Shown: positions 7,806 through 18,131 of the stretch, in pieces
How the letters are laid out: each line of letters opens with the position of its first letter
Numbering within the stretch: position 1 is the stretch's first letter
DNA from: Patescibacteria group bacterium
GTDB lineage: Bacteria > Patescibacteriota > Minisyncoccia > Moranbacterales > JAKLHP01
Direction of reading: 5' to 3'
Length of the DNA stretch: 64,000 nucleotides
Assembly: GCA_043803385.1 (NCBI GenBank)
Contig: JAZDKA010000034.1
Span: 10,561-74,560 of the forward strand
Notes under the pieces: model-generated
What the model saw: only the letters and a program-made list of their open reading frames with translations
What the model was told of the DNA's origin: nothing
Databases searched by the model: none
Translations under genes and position numbers: made by a program

Positions 7806-9170
7806 ATGGTTAAGAAAGTAAAAATTAAGAAAAAATATAAGAAGAAAGGAAAAGTAATTAAAACAAGTGTAATTGATACTATTCTCTTGCAGCCTCCTCG
7901 CGGTATGCGGGATATTTTGCCAGAAGACCAGCCTTATTGGGAACACATAAGAAAAAATTTATCCAGGCTTTCATATGAATATGGATTTCAGAGAATAGAT
8001 GTTCCTCTGGTTGAATATGCCAATTTGTTCAATCGTTCAATCGGAGAAGGAACTGACATTATCGATAAAGAAATGTATGCTTTTACTACTCGAGGGGGAG
8101 ATAGAGTAGCACTTCGTCCGGAAATGACAGCTGGGATATGCAGGGCTTACATCCAGCACGGGATGAACGTTCTTTCTAAACCGATCAAGCTATTTTCAAT
8201 TGGCCAGATTTATCGATATGACAGGCCCCAGGAGGGAAGATACCGCGAGCATTGGCAAGCCAATTTTGACATTTTCGGAGAAGATAATCCCATTATGGAC
8301 GCCCACCTTATCCAGCTTGCTCATCGTTTAGTGACGTCGCTAGGGATAAAAAATATCGAATTTCAAATAAACAGCATCGGATGCGCCCAATGCCGAAAAG
8401 ACTATCGAAATCTTTTAGTGAGCTACTTTGAATCAAGAAAGCAAAAGCTTTGCCAGAATTGCAAAAGAAGATTGGAAGTTAATCCACTTCGCATTCTTGA
8501 CTGTAAAGAAGACAAGTGTGTTCAAGTGGGATCAAATGCTCCGCAAACAGTCGACCATTTGTGCGCTGATTGCCATTTGCATTTCAAAAATCTGCTTGAA
8601 TATCTTGATGAACTGAATTTGCCGTATGTTATTAATAATAGATTGGTAAGAGGACTGGATTATTATACCCGAACAGTTTTTGAAATTTGGTCCGGAGAAA
8701 AAGGAGGAAAGAATTTTTCTTTGGGCGGAGGAGGAAGATATGACAGGCTTATTAAAATGCTCGGGGGGGAAGATACTCCCGCAATCGGTTTCGGGCTGGG
8801 GCTCGATAGAATTGCTATTGAAATGAAGAGAACTAATGTGAAAATACATAAAACTCCGGCTCCGAGAGTGTTTTTGGCTCAATTAGGAGAATTGGCTAAG
8901 AAAAAAAGTTTGAATATGTTTTCTGAACTGGAAAAAAATGGAATTCCAGTGGCAGAGAGTTTTGGAAGAGGAAGCCTCAAATCCCAGCTTAGAGTGGCAG
9001 ACAAATTTCAGGTTGAAATAACTTTAATTATCGGGCAGAAGGAAGCTTTGGATGACACAGTGATTGTTAAAAATATGAAAACCGGTTCACAGGAAACAGT
9101 GGCAAATGAGAAAATAATCAATGCAGTAAAAAAAATACTTAAGAACGATATAATAGTTTCGCACGCATAA
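7806..9170 (+). CDS. hisS: Histidyl-tRNA synthetase
   Basis: Class II motifs: LLQPPRGMRDILPED, LRPEMTAGICRAY and QIYRYDRPQEGRYREHWQANFDIFG. A C-terminal anticodon-binding domain is present, and there is a Cys-rich insertion. Confidence 0.9.
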   Translation: MVKKVKIKKKYKKKGKVIKTSVIDTILLQPPRGMRDILPEDQPYWEHIRKNLSRLSYEYGFQRIDVPLVEYANLFNRSIGEGTDIIDKEMYAFTTRGGDRVALRPEMTAGICRAYIQHGMNVLSKPIKLFSIGQIYRYDRPQEGRYREHWQANFDIFGEDNPIMDAHLIQLAHRLVTSLGIKNIEFQINSIGCAQCRKDYRNLLVSYFESRKQKLCQNCKRRLEVNPLRILDCKEDKCVQVGSNAPQTVDHLCADCHLHFKNLLEYLDELNLPYVINNRLVRGLDYYTRTVFEIWSGEKGGKNFSLGGGGRYDRLIKMLGGEDTPAIGFGLGLDRIAIEMKRTNVKIHKTPAPRVFLAQLGELAKKKSLNMFSELEKNGIPVAESFGRGSLKSQLRVADKFQVEITLIIGQKEALDDTVIVKNMKTGSQETVANEKIINAVKKILKNDIIVSHA

Positions 9171-9289
9171 TAATAACCGATTCGAATCAACGAATTAAAT
9201 TCGAATTTACGAATATATTTAAAAATTAGAAATTCGTAGATTCGCATGCATTTGTAGTTTCGCATTGCGTTTATAGAAAGGGGGTTTTT

Positions 9290-9544
9290 GTGATCGAAGT
9301 AAGAAAAAAGGATAAAGAAACATCAGAAAGCCTAATTAGAAGATTTTCCCGCAGAGTTCAACAAAGCGGTGTTTTGGTGCATGCCAGAAAGTCAAGATTT
9401 CTCAAAGATGAAAAAAGCAAAAGAGAGAAAAGAAACGAAGCGCTATATAAGATTAAAATTAGGAAAGAAATCGACAAGCTCAAAAAGCTAGGAAAATTCG
9501 ACGAAGAAGCTTTGAAGAACATTAAGAGGAAGATGGAAGGATAA
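9290..9544 (+). CDS. rpsU: 30S ribosomal protein S21 (GTG start)
   Basis: IEVRKKDKETSESLIRRFSRRVQQSGVLVHARKSRFLKDEKSKREKRNEA. The RBS is agaaaggggg. Confidence 0.85.
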   Translation: MIEVRKKDKETSESLIRRFSRRVQQSGVLVHARKSRFLKDEKSKREKRNEALYKIKIRKEIDKLKKLGKFDEEALKNIKRKMEG

Positions 9545-9586
9545 ATATTGGAAATTTTAAATTTAGATTTTAAAATTGCGTTTATG

Positions 9587-10039
9587 TCTCTTAAAGAAAA
9601 AATATTAAATGACCTTAAGAAATCTTTGAAATCGAGAGATGCTCTTAAACGCGATACTTTGCGCTTAATTTCCAGTGCTATAAAAAATGCAGAAATAGAA
9701 AAAATGAAAAAAGAAGAAGGGCTCAATGACCAGGAAGTGCTTGAAGTTTTGAAAAAAGCAGTCAAGCAGAGAAACGATAGCATAGAGCAGTATGAAAAAG
9801 GAGGGAGAAGCGATTTGGCAGAAAAGGAGAAAAAAGAATTGGAAATAATCTCTGTATACCTTCCAGAGCAAATGAACGAGGAAAAGGTGCGCGAAGAAAT
9901 TAAAGCTGTTATTTTCAAGACCGGAGCAACTTCCATGAAAGATTTCGGAAAAGTAATGGGAGTGGCGATGAAGAAATTGCAAGGACAAGCAGACGGAAGC
10001 GTTGTTAAAGAGATATTAGAAGAAGAGCTAAATAAATAA
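9587..10039 (+). CDS. GatB/YqeY domain protein
   Basis: A full-length match to the YqeY family, including LKKSLKSRD...TLRLISSAIKNAEIE...EQYEKGGRSDLAEKEKKELEIIS. The start was moved to the internal Met. Confidence 0.8.
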   Translation, partial: SLKEKILNDLKKSLKSRDALKRDTLRLISSAIKNAEIEKMKKEEGLNDQEVLEVLKKAVKQRNDSIEQYEKGGRSDLAEKEKKELEIISVYLPEQMNEEKVREEIKAVIFKTGATSMKDFGKVMGVAMKKLQGQADGSVVKEILEEELNK

Positions 10040-10071
10040 TATCCAATATCCAATTTCCAATAAAAAATCAA

Positions 10072-10497
10072 ATGAAATTAATTATCGAAATAAATAATAA
10101 AGCCAAATGCCCGCTTTCCAAGAAATATTTCAAGAAAGTTATCTTAAAATCGATAGGCTTAAACAAGTTTAAATTATTAAGCATAAGCATAGCTATTGTT
10201 TCTGAAAGAGAAATAAAAAGAATAAACAAGATATATAGGAAAAAGGACAAAGCTACCGACATTCTTTCTTTCCCGGATTATTTGAAGAACAAAACTGGAG
10301 AATTTTCCTGCGAGCTGATAATCTGCTATCCTTATATTAAGAAATCAGCTAGAGAAGATAAAGTATCAATTGAAAAAGAAATGGCTTATGTTGTTTCACA
10401 CGGAATATTGCACTGTTTGGGATTGGAGCACAGTAAGAAAATGTATGAAATACAAGATAAAGTTTGTAATTCTTTACGAATTGCAAATCTGTACTAA
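10072..10497 (+). CDS. ybeY: rRNA maturation endoribonuclease YbeY
   Basis: TDILSFP and the zinc triad HGILHCLGLEH. Confidence 0.8.
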   Translation: MKLIIEINNKAKCPLSKKYFKKVILKSIGLNKFKLLSISIAIVSEREIKRINKIYRKKDKATDILSFPDYLKNKTGEFSCELIICYPYIKKSAREDKVSIEKEMAYVVSHGILHCLGLEHSKKMYEIQDKVCNSLRIANLY

Positions 10498-10574
10498 TAT
10501 ACTAATCATTTTTTTGTTAATTTGTTAATTTAAACATTCGTACATTTGTAATAATTCGTAGTTCGTAAAAATTT

Positions 10575-10964
10575 ATGGAAGAAGCAAAAAACCAAGCTAA
10601 AGAGCTTTACCAAAGTTTTTCCTATGCTTTGAGAGGGCTTAAATACGCCATTTCTATGGAAAGGAATTTTCAAACAGAGATTGTTATTGCCGTTTTCGTA
10701 ATAGCTTTAATCCTGATTTTTAAAGTTAAAAATTGGGAAGCAGTGGTTCTTGTTTCCGTGATAATATGGGTTCTTACTATGGAACTTTTTAATACTGTGG
10801 TCGAAAGGGTGGCAGACATTTTAAAACCCAGGGTTCATCCGTACATAAGGCTCATTAAAGATATGATGGCGGCAGTGGTTCTGATCTCGGTTGTTTTTGC
10901 AATAGCCATAGGGATAATTATTTTTTACCCCTACTTCAAGGATCTCGCATCTCCCATATACTAA
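10575..10964 (+). CDS. dgkA: Diacylglycerol / undecaprenol kinase family protein
   Basis: Three TM helices and an NTVVERVAD-like segment typical of the DgkA family. Confidence 0.7.
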   Translation: MEEAKNQAKELYQSFSYALRGLKYAISMERNFQTEIVIAVFVIALILIFKVKNWEAVVLVSVIIWVLTMELFNTVVERVADILKPRVHPYIRLIKDMMAAVVLISVVFAIAIGIIIFYPYFKDLASPIY

Positions 10965-11079
10965 TTTTGCTCAAAAGATATTTTTAAACTATAATTAAAT
11001 AAAGCAAGCCTTTTATATAGTTGCAATTTTTGTGTATTGTCGGAAATAATTGCCCACGAATCCGTTCGTGGGAACGGAT

Positions 11080-12333
11080 ATGTCTAAAGAAAATATTATA
11101 GTCGGAATAGATATTGGATCGTCCAATGTAAAAACTGTGATAGCACAGTCTTTTTCCGACGTGGAAGTTCCCAGAATAATAGGTGTGGGAATAGTTCCTT
11201 CTTCTGGAATAAGAAGGGGCGTTATTACTGATTTAGAAGAAGTTGTGAAGAATATAAACGAATCAGTGGAAAAAGCAGAAAGAATGGCTGGGCTCACAGT
11301 TAAAAGTGCTAATGTAAATATTGGAGGGACAGAAATAGGATTCCAGGATTCCAAAGGAGTGATAGCCGTTGGCAAGGCCGACGGAGAAGTAACCGAAGAT
11401 GACCTGGAAAGGGTAATCGTTGAAGCCCAAAATGTCGCTCTACCGCTTAATAAAGAGATAATTTATATTATTCCTAAAAGCTACAGGCTGGATGATCAGG
11501 AAAACATCAACGATCCCTTGGGAATGAAAGGAGTGCGCCTTGAAATGAATGCTTTGATAATAGAATGTTCTTCTAATCAAGTCAAAAATCTTACCAAATG
11601 CGTCCATCAATCAGGAATCGATATAAATGAAATAGTGCTTGAACCTTTGGCGGCGGCCGCGTCAGTTTTGAGTAAGAAACAAAAAGAGCTGGGAGTCGTT
11701 TTAATAAATATCGGAGGAGGAACAACTTCCATAGCAGTTTTTGAAGATGGAGACTTGCTTCACACCGCCGTTCTCCCGGTAGGAGCCGGGCACGTCACTA
11801 ATGATATCGCCATTGGGCTTCGCACCTCTATTGAAGTTGCAGAAAAAGTGAAGATAGAATTCGGAAGCGCTATCCCGGAAGAAATTGATAAAAAAGAAGA
11901 AATAGATTTATCACAAATTGATTCCCAAGAATCGGGGTTTGTTTCACGCCATCATGTCGCGGAAATTATCGAAGCAAGACTCGAAGAAATAGTCGGAATG
12001 GTAAACAAAGAACTCAAGGGCATTGGAAAAGCCGGACTTCTTCCTGCTGGAGCAGTAATTACTGGAGGAGGGGCCAATCTTCCTCAAATTGTTGATCTTG
12101 CAAAAAATATTTTAGGACTTCCAGCCCAAATCGGATTTCCAATAAATCTTGGAGGAATTATGAATAAGGTAGACGATCCTTCTTTTTCAACTGTTATCGG
12201 ACTTGTTATTTGGAATAAAGAACAGAAACTGAATGCGCAGAAGGGGAATAAAGGAGTTTTGGGAGATATTTCAAACACCACCGAAGAAACTGTGAAAAAA
12301 ATGAAAAAATGGATGGAAAAATTTCTGCCGTAA
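11080..12333 (+). CDS. ftsA: Cell division protein FtsA
   Basis: IVGIDIGSSNVKTVIAQ, the actin-like ATPase fold, and GGGTTSIAVFEDG. Confidence 0.9.
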   Translation: MSKENIIVGIDIGSSNVKTVIAQSFSDVEVPRIIGVGIVPSSGIRRGVITDLEEVVKNINESVEKAERMAGLTVKSANVNIGGTEIGFQDSKGVIAVGKADGEVTEDDLERVIVEAQNVALPLNKEIIYIIPKSYRLDDQENINDPLGMKGVRLEMNALIIECSSNQVKNLTKCVHQSGIDINEIVLEPLAAAASVLSKKQKELGVVLINIGGGTTSIAVFEDGDLLHTAVLPVGAGHVTNDIAIGLRTSIEVAEKVKIEFGSAIPEEIDKKEEIDLSQIDSQESGFVSRHHVAEIIEARLEEIVGMVNKELKGIGKAGLLPAGAVITGGGANLPQIVDLAKNILGLPAQIGFPINLGGIMNKVDDPSFSTVIGLVIWNKEQKLNAQKGNKGVLGDISNTTEETVKKMKKWMEKFLP

Positions 12334-12496
12334 GGTATTGTGCGGGATTCCACAGGGTAAACTTGACACCAATCTAGCTAGTGTGCTAGATTTAGATACT
12401 AAAATAAGTTTCTTAAATTGCAAATTTTTAAGTATTTCAGGGGTCAATAATCAAAAATGGCGATTAAAGATCAATGCTTAATAAATAAAATATTTT

Positions 12497-13705
12497 ATGG
12501 CTGAAATAAAACCAGATATAGAAACCTTTGCAAAAATAAAAGTGATTGGAGTGGGAGGTTCCGGAAACAGCGCGATTAGCCGGATGATAGAATCCAAAAT
12601 AAAAGGGATTGAATTCGTGGCGATCAATACCGATGCCCAGGCTCTTCATCATTCCAAAGCTTCGGAAAAAGTTCATATTGGAAAAAATTTAACCAAGGGA
12701 TTGGGAGCAGGAATGAATCCGGAAATTGGAAGACAAGCGGCTGAAGAAAATAGAGATGAAATTCAAGAAGTTCTAAAAGGTTCTGACATGGTTTTTGTTA
12801 CTTGCGGGCTTGGAGGAGGAACAGGAACAGGCGCGGCTCCAATTGTTGCTGAAACTGCCAAGGAGCTTGGAGCACTGACAGTATCAGTAGTCACGAAACC
12901 GTTTGCCTTCGAAGGAGCACAAAGAAAAGCGATTGCCGAAGAAGGACTCGATAATTTGAAAGACAGAGTTGATTCTCTCATCACAATTCCTAACGACAAA
13001 CTGCTTTCCATAATTGACAGAAAAACAACCTTAATCAGCGCCTTTAGAATTGTTGATGATGTGCTTAGACAAGGCGTTCAGGGAATTTCAGACCTTATTA
13101 CCAAGCCAGGAGTGGTTAATGTTGATTTTGCCGATGTTAGAGCTATTTTAGAAGATAGTGGCTCTGCTCTTATGGGCATCGGGATTGCGAGCGGAGAAAA
13201 TAGGGCAGTTGAAGCAGCCAGGCACGCTATCAGCAGTCCGCTGCTTGAGCTTTCAATTGACGGAGCCAAAGGAGTACTGTTTAATGTTTCCGGGTCAAAC
13301 GACTTAACAATGCTAGAAATCAATGAAGCAGCCAATGTGATTACTGAAAATATTGATCCCAATGCTAAAGTAATTTTCGGAGCTGTGACCGATGACCAAA
13401 TCAGAAAAGGAGATATTCATATTACCGTAATAGCTACCGGTTTCGATACCAATAAAGTAAATGAAACTTCGGAAAAAATTTCCAGAGCTTTCTCCGGAGC
13501 GTCAATTTCCGTAGAAACTAAAAAGAAAGAAGACCACCGCAAAGAAGAAAGAATAACCTTTCCCTCAAAGAAACTTGAAACAAAGATGATTATCGAAGAA
13601 AAAATCCAACCGAGAGGAATTTCTATGAGAGGAGAGACAAACAAGGAAATGGAAGAAGATGAATTGGAAATCCCGGCGTTCATTCGAAGGAAGATGGAAA
13701 AATAG
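12497..13705 (+). CDS. ftsZ: Cell division GTPase FtsZ
   Basis: [14 protein letters not shown], the [14 protein letters not shown] tubulin signature, and NVDFADV. Confidence 0.95.
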   Translation: MAEIKPDIETFAKIKVIGVGGSGNSAISRMIESKIKGIEFVAINTDAQALHHSKASEKVHIGKNLTKGLGAGMNPEIGRQAAEENRDEIQEVLKGSDMVFVTCGLGGGTGTGAAPIVAETAKELGALTVSVVTKPFAFEGAQRKAIAEEGLDNLKDRVDSLITIPNDKLLSIIDRKTTLISAFRIVDDVLRQGVQGISDLITKPGVVNVDFADVRAILEDSGSALMGIGIASGENRAVEAARHAISSPLLELSIDGAKGVLFNVSGSNDLTMLEINEAANVITENIDPNAKVIFGAVTDDQIRKGDIHITVIATGFDTNKVNETSEKISRAFSGASISVETKKKEDHRKEERITFPSKKLETKMIIEEKIQPRGISMRGETNKEMEEDELEIPAFIRRKMEK

Positions 13706-13754
13706 ATTTTTATAATACGCATATTGCATAGCTTACTGCATATTTCATTCATAA

Positions 13755-13781
13755 AAACCGAGTTTCAGGCTCGGTTTTTTA
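13755..13781 (+). terminator. Rho-independent terminator after ftsZ
   Basis: aaaaccgagtttcaggctcggtttttt: a 7-bp stem followed by a T run. Confidence 0.6.
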
Positions 13782-13862
13782 GTTGCATTATTTTATAAGA
13801 GTGATATATTATAACTGAAATAGAAAATATCCCCAGAAAAGGAGAAAAAAGGAGGAATTGTT

Positions 13863-14243
13863 ATGAAAAAAAAGATTGCGTTAATGGTAATAATGGCGGT
13901 TTTTTTTATTTTTTCTGTGTCTGCAATTTTTGCTCAGGTTCAGGTTAAAGGAATGTCATGGGCCGGGTCATCTACTGGGTCGATTCGCAATTCGATCAGG
14001 ACAGAAATCGTGGTAAAAATAGAAGACGTCTCGGCAGAAAGGAATAGGATGACAATATCTTATTCCCGAAAAAGTTTCAGGGAAGACAGAAAAGATATTT
14101 TTGAAGCTGAAATAAGAGGAACGAATCCCCTGAAGTTCAGTTTTGTAAATGCTGAAGGGTACGAGATGACCTGTGAGCTTCAGCCTGATAATAGGCTAAT
14201 GCTCACAGGAGGATTGAGATTTACATATCTCGATCCTCTATAA
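13863..14243 (+). CDS. Hypothetical secreted protein (signal peptide)
   Basis: MKKKIALMVIMAVFFIFSVSAIFAQ has the form of a signal peptide. The RBS is aaaggagg. Confidence 0.55.
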   Translation: MKKKIALMVIMAVFFIFSVSAIFAQVQVKGMSWAGSSTGSIRNSIRTEIVVKIEDVSAERNRMTISYSRKSFREDRKDIFEAEIRGTNPLKFSFVNAEGYEMTCELQPDNRLMLTGGLRFTYLDPL

Positions 14244-14330
14244 AAGAGTATTGGCGAGCAAAGTTGCGAGTTATTATCGCAACAATGCCCGCCGTTTTTT
14301 TATTTCCCGATTCTGTTGTAGAATACAATA

Positions 14331-15431
14331 ATGAAAGAAAAGTTTATTCCTAAAAGTTTTTATCTGCAATGGCACATAACGGAACGATGCAATTGGAGAT
14401 GCAAACATTGCTATCAAGAAAGTTATAAAACGCCAGAGATGAGCCTTGAACAGCTCTATGGCGTTTTAGACCAGTATCTGGCTTTAATAAAGAAGTGGAA
14501 TATTCCGAAAAGCAGAGCTCGAATGTCGTTAACTGGAGGAGAGCCTCTGATAAGATCCGATTTTTTTTCACTCTTAGCCAGAATGCATAAATTCGGCAAT
14601 TTTTTTAACTATACAATTTTGTCAAACGGTTCCCTTATTGACAAAGAAATTATAAAAAAACTTAAATTTCTGGGAGTAAATAATTTTCAAGTTAGCCTGG
14701 AAGGAATGGAAAAAAATAATGATGAAATAAGAGGAAAAGGATCTTTTCTGAAGGTGATAAATTCGATTAAGCTTTTATTGGATAACAAAATTCTAAATAT
14801 CAGAGTTTCTTTAAGCCTGAATAAAAAAAATGCTGGCGATGTTGAAAAATTAGCCGATTTTTTAACACCTATAGCTAAGGGGAAAGGTAATATAACTTTA
14901 GCCGCTCGAAGAATGGTTCCATGGGGAAGCGCTTCCGAAATGAAGGAATTCATTCAGGAGCCGTTAGAATTGAAAAATTTTTATGAAAGCGTCGAGCGGA
15001 TAAATAAAAGAATGACAGAAAAAAAATGTAATGTAAGAGTAGTGGGCGGATGCGAAAACGGCATTTTCAATGGTCTAGTTTCCAATAATTTAATGAGTAT
15101 AAGTCATTGCGGTATTGTTGACGGAAGGTTGATAATCGTTATGCCTAATGGAGACGTCCTTCCCTGCCGCCGTCTTCCTATTAAAGCAGGAAATGTCCTG
15201 AAACAATCGCTGGAGGAAATTTATTATTCCGATTTTATGGAAAAGTTGCGAAGTAAAAATAATAAACATAAACAGTGCAAAAATTGCGATAATTACCAAA
15301 ATTGTTTCGGCGGAGCCCCATGTGTTACCTATGCCTATACTGGAAAAATTAATATTCCTGATGTTCAATGCTGGAGAGCTTATGATAATCTAGAAGAAGT
15401 AAGAAATAATAAATATTCAGAAGAATTATGA
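14331..15431 (+). CDS. Radical SAM enzyme with a C-terminal SPASM domain
   Basis: CNWRCKHC (CxxxCxxC) near the N-terminus. The C-terminus has HCGIVDG...LPCRR and CKNCDNYQNCFGGAPC, which form a SPASM/twitch Cys pattern. Confidence 0.8.
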   Translation: MKEKFIPKSFYLQWHITERCNWRCKHCYQESYKTPEMSLEQLYGVLDQYLALIKKWNIPKSRARMSLTGGEPLIRSDFFSLLARMHKFGNFFNYTILSNGSLIDKEIIKKLKFLGVNNFQVSLEGMEKNNDEIRGKGSFLKVINSIKLLLDNKILNIRVSLSLNKKNAGDVEKLADFLTPIAKGKGNITLAARRMVPWGSASEMKEFIQEPLELKNFYESVERINKRMTEKKCNVRVVGGCENGIFNGLVSNNLMSISHCGIVDGRLIIVMPNGDVLPCRRLPIKAGNVLKQSLEEIYYSDFMEKLRSKNNKHKQCKNCDNYQNCFGGAPCVTYAYTGKINIPDVQCWRAYDNLEEVRNNKYSEEL

Positions 15432-16729
15432 AAATATGTTTTTTTTCTAAATATCCGCCTATTGAAGGAGGAGTTTCCTCTCGAACGTATTGGCTAGCCA
15501 AAGGATTGGGCAAGGCTGGACATGAAATTCACATCGTAACTAATGCTCTTGAAGTTGAGGATGAGTATCGAGAAAAGCTGGATTTTGAGAATCCGGAAGA
15601 GCTGGAAAAGTATCAGCCCCAAAATGTGTTTGTCCATTCCTTAAATTATGGGCCGCCGAAACATATACCATATTCCCAAGAATATTTAGCTCGACTCATT
15701 AATCTGGGTTTGGAAGTTGTCAGGGATTATGATTGCGATGTTATTGATTCATACTATTTTCTTCCCTATGGGTTAGCGGCGATGTTTGTTAAAATTCTTT
15801 CTGGAAAGCCGTTAATCATTCGCCATGCCGGAAGTGACATAACTCGGCTTTTTGGAAATGAGAATTTTCACACTATTTTTTTAGAACTTTTTAAAAATGC
15901 TGATTTTATAATTTCTAACCAAACGGTTAAAAATAGAATATTGGAGAGGCATAGGATAGAAAAGAACAAAATAATCACCGGAAAACTTTGGGGGGTGGAT
16001 AAAAATGAATTTAATCCCGACATAGAGCCGATCAATTTTAGAAAAGAATTTAGCATTGAAATTTCTCCGGAAACGCCAGTCATAACTTATATTGGTAAAT
16101 ATGACAATAATAAAGGAATAAACGAACTTTTGGAAGCTCTCTCTGGCATTGATGACGATTTTTTCCTTCTTCTTTTGGCAGGAGGCTTGCAGAACGAATT
16201 GCTTGAGAAAAAAATTTCTTCCTTTTCTTCGCTAAAAGGAAAGTATCTAATAGCGGGTTTTGTCCCTCCCTGGAAAATTCCGGCTATACTGAAAAGATCA
16301 AATTGCCTCGTTCAGCTGGAGAATAATTTTCCCATTAGTGTTCATATGCCCATACAGCCGCTGGAAGCATTTTCGGTTGGCACTCCTGTTATTTTGAGCA
16401 GTGAAATTTTCAATAAATATGAGGTAAAACTGGGACTCGTTGATCAAAAAAATGTTTTTACTGTCAATCCCCAGGATAAAGAACAACTTCGAAAGAAGTT
16501 GAAATTAATAATAAAAGATAATGATTTACGTCGCGATGTTGGAGAAAAATCGCTGGAAATCATTAGAAAAGATAATTTTGAAAGAGCCATAAAAAATAAT
16601 ATTGAAATTTATGAAACAGCAATTTCCAGGGGATTTCGCCTAAATTTAGTATATGAAGAAGTTTCCAAATCATTTTGGAATTTTTTTGAAGGAAATTTCA
16701 AAAATAAGATCAATAAATGGATAAAATGA
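15428..16729 (+). CDS. Glycosyltransferase family 4 (GT-B fold)
   Basis: KICFFSKYPPIEGGVSSRTYWLAKGLGKAGHEIHIVT at the N-terminus, with an EX7E-like region in the C-terminal half. Overlaps the radical SAM stop by 4 bp (atga). Confidence 0.75.
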   Translation: MKICFFSKYPPIEGGVSSRTYWLAKGLGKAGHEIHIVTNALEVEDEYREKLDFENPEELEKYQPQNVFVHSLNYGPPKHIPYSQEYLARLINLGLEVVRDYDCDVIDSYYFLPYGLAAMFVKILSGKPLIIRHAGSDITRLFGNENFHTIFLELFKNADFIISNQTVKNRILERHRIEKNKIITGKLWGVDKNEFNPDIEPINFRKEFSIEISPETPVITYIGKYDNNKGINELLEALSGIDDDFFLLLLAGGLQNELLEKKISSFSSLKGKYLIAGFVPPWKIPAILKRSNCLVQLENNFPISVHMPIQPLEAFSVGTPVILSSEIFNKYEVKLGLVDQKNVFTVNPQDKEQLRKKLKLIIKDNDLRRDVGEKSLEIIRKDNFERAIKNNIEIYETAISRGFRLNLVYEEVSKSFWNFFEGNFKNKINKWIK

Positions 16730-16763
16730 AGGTGTGCATAACTTTTTTCAATAATTGTCTTTT

Positions 16764-16785
16764 TGTGGTATAATTTTGGTATAAT
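16764..16785 (+). promoter_or_regulatory. Extended -10 promoter (tgtggtataat, then a second tggtataat)
   Basis: The TGnTATAAT motif occurs twice, 20-40 nt upstream of ATG 16804. Confidence 0.4.
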
Positions 16786-16803
16786 TTTATCAACAAAAAC
16801 ATT

Positions 16804-18111
16804 ATGATAAAATTAAAGTTTATGATTTTTGGAAATAAAAAGAAAATATTTCTTTTTTTGAGCTTTGCTTTATTTTTGCTAGCTGTTCCCTTATTTTTTC
16901 AACAGCTTCTTTCTAAAAAAGAAGCAGATGCCAATACCTTATTTAATAATCCTCAAAAGACTTTTCTCACTAATTACGGAGCTTATATATATGTTTTTAA
17001 TAGCGGAAATAAAACAATTACAAAAATCAGAACTAGCGATAGCAAAGAGATGCTCAAAATTAAATTTGACCCCGAACCTACTACAGTTTTTTATACGTCT
17101 CAATTTCAAAAAATTTACGCTCCTTCTTTTATTGATGGGAACGTAAGTATTTTAAAGCTACCAGGAGATGCTTCCGGCACCAAAACTATTTCTCTCGGCA
17201 AAATGATGCATTTGAAATTCAGGTCATTTTTATTTGATGCGGAAAATAAAAAACTTTTTGTTCTGGCCGAAAATTATGAAGAATCTCCCAATGGAGCTGT
17301 TTTAGTTATTGATTTGGAAAAAGATTCCATATCCAATGTAATCAAGCTAGATAGTAGCATTAGAGCTGACTTTTCCAGCCTTTCAAACGGGAAATTATTC
17401 GTTTACGATCCTTTAAAAAACGAGTTTTTCGTTATTGATTGCGGAAAAGAAGAAGTAAACAAAAAAATACAATTAGAGAGTGATGTCAAAGTAGAAGATT
17501 CCGTAATCTCGAAGCAAGGCAAAGTAATATATTTTTTAGCAGGGGGAAATCTCGTAGCACTAGATGCTGAATCAGGGAATATTATATCAAAACTAAAGGT
17601 TAAATCTGGAGTTAAAAAAATAAGAGCAGATGAAAACTCTGAACTAGTATATGTAGTTAGCTCTAGCGAAGATGAAACTAATGGTTTTTTGACGATGGCA
17701 GTTCCTAATGAAAATAGAATAATTTCAGAAGTTGAAGTTGGAAATAACCCGATCAATCTGTTTATCGGCAAAAATTATGTGTACGTGTTAAATAATGGAA
17801 GCAATTCTATTTCTGTGTTTGATAAAAAAACAAATAGAGTGGTCGGAACCATATCATCGGGAGGGCTTAACCCTATATATATGAATATTGATGAAAGTAA
17901 AGATATAATGTATATATCTAATTTTGCAAATAATACGATAGGAATTGTTGATTTAAATACGCAGAAACTGGTAGGCATTATTCCCGAAAAAGAGAATATT
18001 TTCAAGCAATACTGGTTGTTTATTGCCCTTTTTCTTTCGGCAATTATTTCATTAGTGCTTTTCTTTTTTCTGTCGAGTAGGACCAGCGGAGATAGCGCCT
18101 ATCAAGGTTAA
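16804..18111 (+). CDS. YVTN-family beta-propeller repeat membrane protein (N- and C-terminal TM anchors)
   Basis: Repeated YVxN blades: YIYVFNSGNKTITKI, YVYVLNNGSNSISVFDKKTNRVVGTI and MYISNFANNTIGIVDLNTQKLVGII. A C-terminal hydrophobic helix follows. Confidence 0.7.
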   Translation: MIKLKFMIFGNKKKIFLFLSFALFLLAVPLFFQQLLSKKEADANTLFNNPQKTFLTNYGAYIYVFNSGNKTITKIRTSDSKEMLKIKFDPEPTTVFYTSQFQKIYAPSFIDGNVSILKLPGDASGTKTISLGKMMHLKFRSFLFDAENKKLFVLAENYEESPNGAVLVIDLEKDSISNVIKLDSSIRADFSSLSNGKLFVYDPLKNEFFVIDCGKEEVNKKIQLESDVKVEDSVISKQGKVIYFLAGGNLVALDAESGNIISKLKVKSGVKKIRADENSELVYVVSSSEDETNGFLTMAVPNENRIISEVEVGNNPINLFIGKNYVYVLNNGSNSISVFDKKTNRVVGTISSGGLNPIYMNIDESKDIMYISNFANNTIGIVDLNTQKLVGIIPEKENIFKQYWLFIALFLSAIISLVLFFFLSSRTSGDSAYQG

Positions 18112-18131
18112 TAATTAAAGTTTTAATACAA

